Assembly: GCA_041178425.1 (NCBI GenBank)
Contig: JBEGVH010000010.1
Location: 143,652-207,651, forward strand
Length of the DNA: 64,000 bases
Direction of reading: 5' to 3'
Origin: Pseudomonadota bacterium
GTDB lineage: Bacteria; Bdellovibrionota; Bdellovibrionia; Bdellovibrionales; Bdellovibrionaceae
A program made the translations under genes and the position numbers. This document shows, in pieces, positions 48,590 to 56,944 of the stretch. How positions within the stretch are numbered: the stretch's first letter is position 1; every line of letters starts with the position of its first letter. The notes below the pieces were generated by a model. That model did no database searches. It saw nothing but the letters and a program-made list of their open reading frames with translations, and was not told the DNA's origin.

Positions 48590-49696
48590 ATGAGTCCTCT
48601 GAAAAAAGATAATCATCATGAGCGAGAGCCCGTTCGAACGAAGACCTCTGCCTTTGCCGTTGCAACTCTTCTATTTATGCAGATTTGCAGTGTTTTTTCT
48701 CTTGCTTCTAATGAATTCCAAAATACAAGCCCCGTCATCTCTGAAGTCGGCCAATCTGAGGATGATGGCGTGTCTACTGGAATCCTACAGGCGACCAATC
48801 CTTCGACAGAGAAACCAAGACTGGCAAAGGGTTGGGCTCACACAGACTTTTCAAAACGAGACAGCCTCACGCCCATTGATATTATAGGGTTTTCGCGAGG
48901 TCACTTAAGCAACCATGTCGCGGTTGTTAAAACCGGCGATCATAACGAAGCCAATCTGGATTACCGTAAAGACTCTCAGTCTGGTGGCATCGAAGTGAAT
49001 TACAACAAAAAACCTGAGCAAGCGGCCATGATCGATGCCTTTCAGTTAACGAATAAGATCCATAATTATTTTGCAGACCACTTGGGAATAGATGCACTCA
49101 AGCAAACTCTTCCCATCACACTTGTCGTCAATAGCAAAAAAATAAAGTGCAACGCTCAGTTTGAAGAGGGCCATATTTATTTTTCGGCCCAAGATAAAAC
49201 ATGTGATAATGCGGTTGATCCCAGCACGGTTTTTCACGAATACACTCACTTTGTGGACAGCATTATTGGAGGAATGTCGGAGCCCGATCTGGCGGAGGGA
49301 TTGGCCGATATGACCGCCGCGTTTATCTCTGGCAACCCCACCCTCACCGAAGTTCGAAATAACAAAGTGGTGGTTGTTCGAAGTGTAGAAAATGAAATTA
49401 AATTTGATTACAAAAAGGCTAACAGTGGCGATGCAAAAACTCAATATCGCCAGAGCCAAGCTTGGAGTGGGTTTGCGTGGCATTCGCGTTTAGCTCTCAT
49501 CGAGAAATACGGACCCACAAAAGGTCAACAAATGGCCGAAGATCTATTTTTTTCCCCTTTGAGCCTAAACATAAAAACAATTCCAGAAGCCGTAGAGAAC
49601 ATTTTTTCCCAACTCAACCCCAGTGGCTCTTCTAAAACAGTCGACTATGACCTTATAAAGACAATGGCCCAACGCCACGGATTTAGAGTTCCTTAG
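48590..49696 (+). CDS. secreted zinc metalloprotease (M4/M36 gluzincin-like)
   Basis: NA.F, HEYTH and downstream EGLAD motifs; GAGAGG SD before ATG 48590. Confidence 0.82.
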   Translation: MSPLKKDNHHEREPVRTKTSAFAVATLLFMQICSVFSLASNEFQNTSPVISEVGQSEDDGVSTGILQATNPSTEKPRLAKGWAHTDFSKRDSLTPIDIIGFSRGHLSNHVAVVKTGDHNEANLDYRKDSQSGGIEVNYNKKPEQAAMIDAFQLTNKIHNYFADHLGIDALKQTLPITLVVNSKKIKCNAQFEEGHIYFSAQDKTCDNAVDPSTVFHEYTHFVDSIIGGMSEPDLAEGLADMTAAFISGNPTLTEVRNNKVVVVRSVENEIKFDYKKANSGDAKTQYRQSQAWSGFAWHSRLALIEKYGPTKGQQMAEDLFFSPLSLNIKTIPEAVENIFSQLNPSGSSKTVDYDLIKTMAQRHGFRVP

Positions 49697-49733
49697 AATA
49701 GGATATTACTTTAATTTAAAAAGGTGAACTGAA

Positions 49734-49827
49734 TGGCGGAGAGAGAGGGATTTGAACCCTCGGTACGGCTTTACAACCGTACGACAGTTTAGCAAACTGC
49801 TGGTTTAAGCCACTCACCCATCTCTCC
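49734..49827 (-). tRNA. tRNA-Ser(GCT)
   Basis: GGAGAGATGGGTGAGTGG...TTGCTAA, long variable arm, ...CTCCGCCA. Confidence 0.96.
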
Positions 49828-49879
49828 GTTGAAAAGGACTTCGGCTATTTGGTCAACCTGCCACAGCCGTCCTCTCAAA

Positions 49880-50467
49880 TCAAGCATAGTTCTCAGGGAA
49901 TAGCGCGCGCTCCACAGTTTCGATGACTATATGAATGATTTTAATGTGAACTTCTTGAATGCGGTCAGAAGTTTGGGCCGGAACCACAATGGCTAAATCG
50001 ACAAGATTCTTTAATTGGCCACCGTCTTTACCAAGAAGCGCAACCGTTTTAATGCCTATTTTTTTTGCTGCTTCAACGGCGCGAATAACATTGGCTGAGT
50101 TACCGCTCGTAGAGATTCCAATCAAAACGTCGCCCTTTCGACCCAATCCCTCTATCTGTCTGCTAAAGATATGTTCAAACCCATAATCATTACTCACACA
50201 GGTAACATGGCTAGGATCTCCCAAAGCCAGGGCCCCTAAAGGGCGGCGCTCTTTTCGGTAGCGGCCAGTAAGTTCTTCGGCAAAGTGCATGGAATCGCAA
50301 TGGCTGCCGCCATTTCCACAAGTAAAGACGTTTTTATGACCGTTGTATGCTTCGATTAGAATTTTTGAAAAACCCTCGCATTTTTCAATGTTTCCTGGGG
50401 TTTCGAGAAAAGAGCTGAGAACCTGAGCTGCTTCTTTAAGATTTGATCGCCAAACTTCCTGTGACAT
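49880..50467 (-). CDS. gmhA: D-sedoheptulose-7-phosphate isomerase
   Basis: CGNGGS, NDYGF, STSGNS and RIQEVH motifs. Confidence 0.95.
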   Translation of the reverse strand: MSQEVWRSNLKEAAQVLSSFLETPGNIEKCEGFSKILIEAYNGHKNVFTCGNGGSHCDSMHFAEELTGRYRKERRPLGALALGDPSHVTCVSNDYGFEHIFSRQIEGLGRKGDVLIGISTSGNSANVIRAVEAAKKIGIKTVALLGKDGGQLKNLVDLAIVVPAQTSDRIQEVHIKIIHIVIETVERALFPENYA

Positions 50468-50609
50468 TAAAACCCCACTGGCAAAAGATGTCTTTCTATT
50501 GAATGAAAGTAACTCTTTTCCCCCTCGATGGCCAAAATTTTTAGTAAAAATGTTGCTTTTTTTGGCCGTTACCCCTAAGTTCTCGGCTCGTCTTAAAATA
50601 ACTTTCAGT

Positions 50610-50686
50610 GCGCCCGTAGCTCAGCTGGATAGAGTACTTGACTACGAATCAAGTGGTCGGAGGTTCGAATCCTTCCGGGCGCACCA
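50610..50686 (+). tRNA. tRNA-Arg(ACG)
   Basis: GCGCCCGTAGCTCAGCTGGATAGAG...CTACGAA...GGGCGCACCA. Confidence 0.97.
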
Positions 50687-50773
50687 TTTTCGTCTCTTTC
50701 ATTCCCATTTAAAATGAACCCTTGAGTATGATGCAAAGCTTAGTGTTATTCTGCGAATAACTAAGGAGCTCTA

Positions 50774-52159
50774 ATGAAATTGTCATTTCTGGGCGCCGCC
50801 CAAACAGTCACAGGAAGTCGGTTTCTACTCGAGTACCAGAATAAACGATTTTTGATTGATTGTGGCCTCTTTCAGGGCCCCAAAAACCTGCGATTACAAA
50901 ATTGGGAACCCTTTCCAGATGCCGACCAAATCGATTACGTTATCCTTACGCACGCCCACATTGATCACTCGGGGTATTTGCCGAAACTTATCACCGAAGG
51001 ATTTCGTGGCAAGATCATCACCACTGAACAAACCCAAGCCCTTTGTGAAATTCTTTTACCTGACTCGGGCCGGCTCCAAGAAGAAGATGCGCGCTTCGCT
51101 AATAAGACCAAGCATAGCCACCATAGTCCCGCGCTTCCTCTCTATACGGAGGCCAATGCCTACAAGGCCCTAGAGCATTTTGAAGCAAGGCCAAGCGATA
51201 CCTGGATTGAGCTGGTTCCTGGATTAAGTATTCGATTTTTAAGGGCTGGCCATATTTTAGGCTCCTCTATTGTTCAATTCTCACTGATTCATAACTATAA
51301 ACAATTCTTGTTAACGTTTACGGGCGATCTCGGAAATGGCCGATCCGTTTTGTTAAAAGATCCAGTTCAAATCAGCGAAACAGATATTTTGGTGATGGAG
51401 AGCACATATGGAGATCGGGTCCAACCACATACCGATCCGGGTGAAAGCCTTGCTCAGGTGATTGAAAAGGTTCTGACCAGAAACGGAACCCTCGTTATTC
51501 CTGCCTTTGCTCTCGGCCGCACACAAGAAATCATTTACCTCATTCACAGCCTGGAGCAATCGGGTCGACTACCGACCTATCCCGTTTATCTCGACTCGCC
51601 GATGGCAGAATCAGTCACAAATGTTTATAGCAAACTCAATGGAGACCTGAAAATTCATCACAATTTTGGCGAACCCTTTGATTTTTCAACGGGAAACTTT
51701 CATATGGTTGGAAAGCCAGATGAGTCGATGCTCTTAACAATAAACCCCGATCCTAAAATTGTTATCTCGGCGGCCGGAATGTTAACGGGAGGACGAGTTC
51801 TTCATCATCTAAAAGCTCAACTCCCCCGATCCGAAAGCGGCGTTCTCTTTGTAGGCTATCAGGCAGAAGGCACCAAAGGCTTGCTTCTTAAAAATGGTCT
51901 CAAAGAACTCCGGATTCACCATCAAACAGTATCCGTTGAAGCTGAAATTTTTTCGATAGACCATCTATCGGCCCATGCTGACTCTGATGATCTCGTAAAG
52001 TGGGTTAAGGGGTTTCAAAAAAAACCTACTACCACTTTTCTGGTTCATGGCGAGAGTAATGCTCTCAATACATTGAAATACCGACTTCAAAATGATTGTC
52101 ACCTATCGGACGTGATTATCCCAACGCTGAAGGAGGAATTTAAACTTTTTCAATTTTAG
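50774..52159 (+). CDS. beta-CASP metallo-beta-lactamase-fold ribonuclease
   Basis: THAHIDHSG, AGHILG, MESTYG, SAHAD and VHGE motifs. Confidence 0.92.
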   Translation: MKLSFLGAAQTVTGSRFLLEYQNKRFLIDCGLFQGPKNLRLQNWEPFPDADQIDYVILTHAHIDHSGYLPKLITEGFRGKIITTEQTQALCEILLPDSGRLQEEDARFANKTKHSHHSPALPLYTEANAYKALEHFEARPSDTWIELVPGLSIRFLRAGHILGSSIVQFSLIHNYKQFLLTFTGDLGNGRSVLLKDPVQISETDILVMESTYGDRVQPHTDPGESLAQVIEKVLTRNGTLVIPAFALGRTQEIIYLIHSLEQSGRLPTYPVYLDSPMAESVTNVYSKLNGDLKIHHNFGEPFDFSTGNFHMVGKPDESMLLTINPDPKIVISAAGMLTGGRVLHHLKAQLPRSESGVLFVGYQAEGTKGLLLKNGLKELRIHHQTVSVEAEIFSIDHLSAHADSDDLVKWVKGFQKKPTTTFLVHGESNALNTLKYRLQNDCHLSDVIIPTLKEEFKLFQF

Positions 52160-52169
52160 GCTTTAAGTT

Positions 52170-52724
52170 TTAACCCGTAATAATTTCGACTTTCAATTTT
52201 TGCAGCCGACTCATTAGCCTGATTCGATCGCGAATCGGCCACCAATCGTAGAGAAATATATTGATGGGTTTCCACATGGCTACCCAGCCTAAAACGTGAA
52301 ACGCCTCTCCCAACAAACCTAAGATGAGACTGTCTTTATCTCGGGTAAAAAAATAACCGGCATAACATGCCGCCAAAAATGTGAGCGCCATCAACAACGT
52401 TCGTCGACCTTGCCTAAATAAAATATCCCAGTCGTTTTCAGAGTTTTCCCGCTCAAACGAATAGTAGGTATAGATCGCTTCCTCTAGATCGTGAACCTTC
52501 AAAAAAGAGGGGTGATGCTCCTGCATTTTAATGACCAACTTTACCTTGGCAACATCGCGTAGCTCACTCATTGCCAAAATCAAATAGCGCGAAAAATCTT
52601 CGTCTAAATCTTTTTCTTTAAATGGAGAGGGGTCTCGTCGATCGAAGAGCTGTAAAATGCTCGTAAGAAAAATATCAATACAGTAGGTGCCGTCTTCTTG
52701 GCGATAACGATTCGTTTCTTTCAT
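52170..52724 (-). CDS. conserved hypothetical membrane protein
   Basis: DPSPF.E.DLD motif, two C-terminal TM helices, WVAMWKP...LYDWWP. Confidence 0.75.
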   Translation of the reverse strand: MKETNRYRQEDGTYCIDIFLTSILQLFDRRDPSPFKEKDLDEDFSRYLILAMSELRDVAKVKLVIKMQEHHPSFLKVHDLEEAIYTYYSFERENSENDWDILFRQGRRTLLMALTFLAACYAGYFFTRDKDSLILGLLGEAFHVLGWVAMWKPINIFLYDWWPIRDRIRLMSRLQKLKVEIITG

Positions 52725-52792
52725 ATTCTCAAGGATGGCAGCTCTCGGTTGGCAGTCAATATTTAAATCCTTAAACGACGGATAAAGAATTT

Positions 52793-53953
52793 CTAAACAA
52801 AATATCTAATGAGTAAAACCAGGCGATAGCGAATCCAGGAGAAAAATCCCAATGAGCTAACCTCACAAAGTTCTACCTTTCGGCTCGAAGAAATCTTTGA
52901 ATGCCAGGCCGACAGCATCTTCTGAATCATCAGTGGTTCTTCTACGACAGCATCCACCTCGAGATCATGCATTAGGCTTCGATAGTTCAGATTATTCGTT
53001 CCGATGAGGCCCCAGTCATCGATAATAATGGATTTAGTATGAATCATTTGGTTTTGCATTTCTCTTACCTCAACACCATTCTTTATAAGCTGCGGATAAA
53101 CGAGTGGCGCTAACCACTTAACCACAGGCACATCGGTATTGCTCGGAAGTAACACCTTGACTTCAATACCACTTCTTACCGCTACCATCAGGCTTCGCAG
53201 AAGTGTTCTGTGCGGAACAAAGTAGGCGTTCATGATATAAACTCTTTTTTTGGCCTTACGAATTCTCTGCAATAAATCTCGCCAATACAAGTAGCGCAAA
53301 ATAAAATGACTGTTTAAACGCAACTGGTGCGAAATCGGAAACCACAAGAGGCGATGGCGAAAAACCGTCTTTAAATCTCGCCAGAGAGTATAAGGGCGCC
53401 TATGATGACGCTCAAACTCAAGCAAATAAGCTCGCGCTAATCTTTGTACTTGAGTCCCTTCGATCTGAACAGCAAGGTCGAACCAAGGATGCTCGACAAG
53501 GGCCGCAAAATGAACTCGCGCAAAGTTAATACTTCCCAAAAAAACTCGATGCTCATCAATAACCACCATTTTTCGGTGGTCGCGCCGATTGAGTGATCGC
53601 AGGTGCCAAAGAAGATTCACTAAAAACAAAGGAAAAAAAAGAACGCGCCATCGACGACGCCAAGGCAAAGGATTATAGATTCTTAGGGGCATCCAAGTGC
53701 GCTCCCCCCAAGCTTGCAAGAACTCTAAAGAATGAAGACTTCCGACTCCATCAACCATCAGGCGAACATCGAGTCCTTGCTGATGTTTGAACTCAAGAGC
53801 ATTTAAAATTGTTTGCCCAGGTTCGGGCATTTCAAAAATGTAACTCTCAACATAGACTGATTTTTGTGCTGACTGGATGGCTTCTAGTAAATCGCGAAAA
53901 TAAGCATCACCATCATCATAGACTTTTTTTACTTTATAGCCGGATTGATCCAT
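52793..53953 (-). CDS. clsB: cardiolipin synthase ClsB-like phospholipase D
   Basis: Two HKD motifs (HRKMVVID, HTKSIIID). Confidence 0.85.
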   Translation of the reverse strand: MDQSGYKVKKVYDDGDAYFRDLLEAIQSAQKSVYVESYIFEMPEPGQTILNALEFKHQQGLDVRLMVDGVGSLHSLEFLQAWGERTWMPLRIYNPLPWRRRWRVLFFPLFLVNLLWHLRSLNRRDHRKMVVIDEHRVFLGSINFARVHFAALVEHPWFDLAVQIEGTQVQRLARAYLLEFERHHRRPYTLWRDLKTVFRHRLLWFPISHQLRLNSHFILRYLYWRDLLQRIRKAKKRVYIMNAYFVPHRTLLRSLMVAVRSGIEVKVLLPSNTDVPVVKWLAPLVYPQLIKNGVEVREMQNQMIHTKSIIIDDWGLIGTNNLNYRSLMHDLEVDAVVEEPLMIQKMLSAWHSKISSSRKVELCEVSSLGFFSWIRYRLVLLIRYFV

Positions 53954-54947
53954 TATTTGTCGCTCCGTCGTTGAACCGACTATAGAGCAAACTTTGTTGA
54001 AGCGCCAAAATAAAATCTCGTGGCTTCATGCAAACTTTAATTCTATTAAACATTTCTTTAGCCTCAGGATAGCGAAGTGCAAGGTGCTTTAACCACTGTT
54101 TGGTGCGCGAGGTCGCAAAATAGTCGTTCACTTCTCTGGAGCAAATCTCAAAAAACGGCACTAGTAAGGCTTCGATTTCTGGCCACTCTCGCTGGTCTTC
54201 AAGCGCAAGGCCATGAGCCTCTTTTATTTTCTTAAAAAGAAAAGGATTTGAAAGCGCTGCGCGACCAATCATGTAGGACTGGGCCCTTGTTTCTCGACGA
54301 CAGGCCTCAAAGGTTTCAACCGTAGAGATATCTCCATTAGCAATCACTGGAATTTTCAAGTGCTCTTGGATCTGCGGAATCCAAGCCCAATGAGCTGGTG
54401 GACGGTATCCCTGTGCCTTGGTTCGGCAGTGAACCGTGAGCCACTGGGCACCAGCCTCTTCAAGCGCCTTCGCATTTTCGATGCATAAAGCTGTATCTTC
54501 AAATCCCAAACGCATCTTCGCTGAGACTGGAATTTCGGACGGAACATTTTGCCTCACCGTTTTGGTAATATCGTAGAGGCGATGTGGGGATTTTAATAAC
54601 ACGGCTCCGCCATCATGACGATTCACCGTTTTTGCAGGACAACCAAAATTCAAATCAATTCCTGCAGCTCCAAGATCGGCAGCCCTTCTGGCATTTTCTG
54701 CCATAGGCACAGGTTCGCCGCCCAAAAGTTGAAAATAAACCATCGTTCCCGCACGAGTCATACTGTTGGTTAATAATTCAGGGCAGTGGCGAACAAACAC
54801 CTTGTTGGGATGCAAAACCTTCGTGACCCGCAAAAACTCCGTCACGCAGAAATCAAGGCCTCCTAAATGCGAAAGAGTGTCTCGCATGATCCAATCGGTC
54901 ACCCCCTCCATAGGGGCTAGAAAAAGCTTAAAATCGCGTGTAGGCAT
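53934..54947 (-). CDS. dusC: tRNA-dihydrouridine synthase (DusC-like)
   Basis: LAPMEG, DLNFGCP, HCRT, ANGDI and MIGR motifs; probable start ATG 54947. Confidence 0.88.
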   Translation of the reverse strand: MPTRDFKLFLAPMEGVTDWIMRDTLSHLGGLDFCVTEFLRVTKVLHPNKVFVRHCPELLTNSMTRAGTMVYFQLLGGEPVPMAENARRAADLGAAGIDLNFGCPAKTVNRHDGGAVLLKSPHRLYDITKTVRQNVPSEIPVSAKMRLGFEDTALCIENAKALEEAGAQWLTVHCRTKAQGYRPPAHWAWIPQIQEHLKIPVIANGDISTVETFEACRRETRAQSYMIGRAALSNPFLFKKIKEAHGLALEDQREWPEIEALLVPFFEICSREVNDYFATSRTKQWLKHLALRYPEAKEMFNRIKVCMKPRDFILALQQSLLYSRFNDGATNNGSIRL

Positions 54948-55063
54948 AGGCTGAATTCTATAGCGCCTCGCTCTGGGAGTGTCAAAATCGTGTACACCCC
55001 GACGCAAAAGATTGTGAAGTCTACAAATGAGACATCTAAACAAGGCTTTTTTTAGGCTGGAGC

Positions 55064-55079
55064 TGGCACGATTCCTGCC
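55064..55079 (+). promoter_or_regulatory. sigma54 (-24/-12) promoter
   Basis: TGGCACGATTCCTGCC, GG-N10-GC, followed by GAGGAGG SD and ATG 55105. Confidence 0.7.
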
Positions 55080-55104
55080 TCTCTATCAAATAGAGGAGGA
55101 ACGC

Positions 55105-56169
55105 ATGAATTCAAAATGGTTTGGAATTGGCGCGATAGCTAGCTTTCTCCTTATGGTCTTTCTATTAGGTCAGAAAGTAGCCACACAAAAACAATCAACT
55201 GGCCCCATAGAATCTGAAAGCTTTATCAACTACGTCATTCCTAAACTAAAGACGTTTATTCCTAAATTTTCCCTCTGGGATCGAAAGTTTATTGACCGCC
55301 GAAAGCTTGCACCAAAGTCTCCAGAGACTGGTAAAGTGCCCGTCAAGCCTGCGGTGGCTGCAAAATTACCAACTCCAGTTCCTACACCAAAGGTGAATCC
55401 TACAGCCATGGCGACTCCAACTCCCGCACCTGCTCCAACATCAAATCAAGCCTCTGCTGACGCTCGTTTAAACGAGGCTGGTAAAAAAGACGATGACTTT
55501 GACCTTACCGAATCTAACCCGTATGGAGGTAGCGTAAATAATTTAGCCCCCATGCCGAGCGATATCCCAACACCAGAAGCCCAAATGAATGAATGGAAAT
55601 TGAGAATTCTTCGTAGTCCTACAAAAGAAACTCTCAATGAGTTGGTGTTTGAGTTTCAGACCGGAAAAATTGAACGGGCGGTTTTTTACCAAGTTGTTAG
55701 CGAACTTTTACAAGATTCAAACACAGACTTTCAACGACTGGGAATTTACGCCCTTGCGTCGACCCCCAGTTATGACAGCCTTTACACGCTACTAAACTAT
55801 AAGGACCGCATCTCGGGCGGAGCCCAAAATACTCTTAGAATTACGCTCGAATCTTATGCAAAACCAGATAAGATCAATATCGTTTCTCTGACATTACGGA
55901 GCGATACACGCCCCGTAGTGCTGGAAACTATGCCTTTGGTTATAAAAATGAGTAAGCAAGTAAAATTATGGAGCACCGATCAGAGTAGCACTCTTGATGA
56001 CCGCACACGTCGCGGCCCTCACACTCGTGTTCCAAAAAATGGTTTTATGGAGATTGTCGAAATACTCCATCAGCTCGAAGATTCCAATGATCGTCAAATT
56101 GCTCAGTCCGCTCACGATACCCTCAATCAGCTAACGATCGAGCCCTCTTTCGCAAGTAGGCGAGACTAG
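55105..56169 (+). CDS. membrane-anchored protein with Pro-rich linker and HEAT-like helical domain
   Basis: N-terminal TM helix, PTP/PAP-rich stretch, helical C-terminal region. Confidence 0.7.
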   Translation: MNSKWFGIGAIASFLLMVFLLGQKVATQKQSTGPIESESFINYVIPKLKTFIPKFSLWDRKFIDRRKLAPKSPETGKVPVKPAVAAKLPTPVPTPKVNPTAMATPTPAPAPTSNQASADARLNEAGKKDDDFDLTESNPYGGSVNNLAPMPSDIPTPEAQMNEWKLRILRSPTKETLNELVFEFQTGKIERAVFYQVVSELLQDSNTDFQRLGIYALASTPSYDSLYTLLNYKDRISGGAQNTLRITLESYAKPDKINIVSLTLRSDTRPVVLETMPLVIKMSKQVKLWSTDQSSTLDDRTRRGPHTRVPKNGFMEIVEILHQLEDSNDRQIAQSAHDTLNQLTIEPSFASRRD

Positions 56170-56176
56170 AATTAAT

Positions 56177-56206
56177 TGGACCATTCACCCACCTCCTGAC
56201 TAAACT
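56177..56206 (+). promoter_or_regulatory. sigma70-like promoter, leaderless geometry
   Basis: TGGACC-N18-TAAACT, then 6 nt to ATG 56213; no SD. Confidence 0.5.
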
Positions 56207-56212
56207 TTCGAT

Positions 56213-56944
56213 ATGAAAATTTACGGTTCTTTTATTTTTCTTCTGATGCTTGTGCCACTTTTTTCGCAGGCTCGATTTCAATTGCCTCACCAGTTAACCA
56301 GCGAAGACAGAAAGTCGGCCCTCAGTGTTTTGGGGCCAGCCACAAACTCTCGCCTTTTATCCTCTGGGTATCCTCTCGGTGGATGGCAGGGTTTTGAAAT
56401 CGGCCTGTCTCGGCACTATGTTCCAGCCTCTTATCTCAACTCCTTGGGCGATCAATCCAATCAACGACGCGATTTTGAATATCCGATTCTCACCTTTGGT
56501 AAGGGTCTCTACTACGACTTCGATTTGATCTTAAGTTTTGTGCCTATGTTTCAGAGTGAATCTATTAGTCATACCTCAGCTCAAGTCCGTCGGCAGTTTT
56601 GGCAATCGCCAAAAAATATTTTTCGAGTTGTTGGACTTGCCCATGCAGAAACCACGAACCTTGCCAACCAACTGGGAATTCAGGGCTATGGCTTTAACAT
56701 TATTGGAACGACGACCATCGATAAAATTTCACTCTTCATCGGAGTGGGTGCTTCCTCTTGGCAGGGCACTTATATTGGTGGCGCCAGAGGTGTCACCGAT
56801 AGCGGCGACACCGAGATCAATAGGGTTTTAATGGCTCATCACTTAATTGGCTTTGAATGGCCCATAGATAACTATTTCGTGGCTGCAGAGGTTGATCGCT
56901 ATGATAGCCCTTATTACTCAATGAAATTAGGATATCGTTTGTGA
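56213..56944 (+). CDS. probable small outer-membrane beta-barrel protein
   Basis: Signal peptide, amphipathic strands, C-terminal YSMKLGYRL. Confidence 0.6.
   Translation: MKIYGSFIFLLMLVPLFSQARFQLPHQLTSEDRKSALSVLGPATNSRLLSSGYPLGGWQGFEIGLSRHYVPASYLNSLGDQSNQRRDFEYPILTFGKGLYYDFDLILSFVPMFQSESISHTSAQVRRQFWQSPKNIFRVVGLAHAETTNLANQLGIQGYGFNIIGTTTIDKISLFIGVGASSWQGTYIGGARGVTDSGDTEINRVLMAHHLIGFEWPIDNYFVAAEVDRYDSPYYSMKLGYRL

Noticed and set aside
47090..49760. att-site duplication of the tRNA-Ser 3' end (likewise for the other three tRNAs)
   Set aside because: No repeat of the tRNA 3' sequences found by eye.
50499..50717. 72-aa ORF
   Set aside because: Overlaps tRNA-Arg and its promoter region.
39909..54947. 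Functional cluster of tadA, tRNA-Arg(ACG), beta-CASP RNase and dusC; also tal with gmhA
   Set aside because: Genes are kilobases apart, in different transcription units and orientations; ordinary housekeeping dispersion.
55019..55033. GTCT-N7-AGAC dyad as a shared sigma54 activator site
   Set aside because: Short, and only loosely similar sequences near the other promoters; cannot be distinguished from chance without a genome-wide scan.
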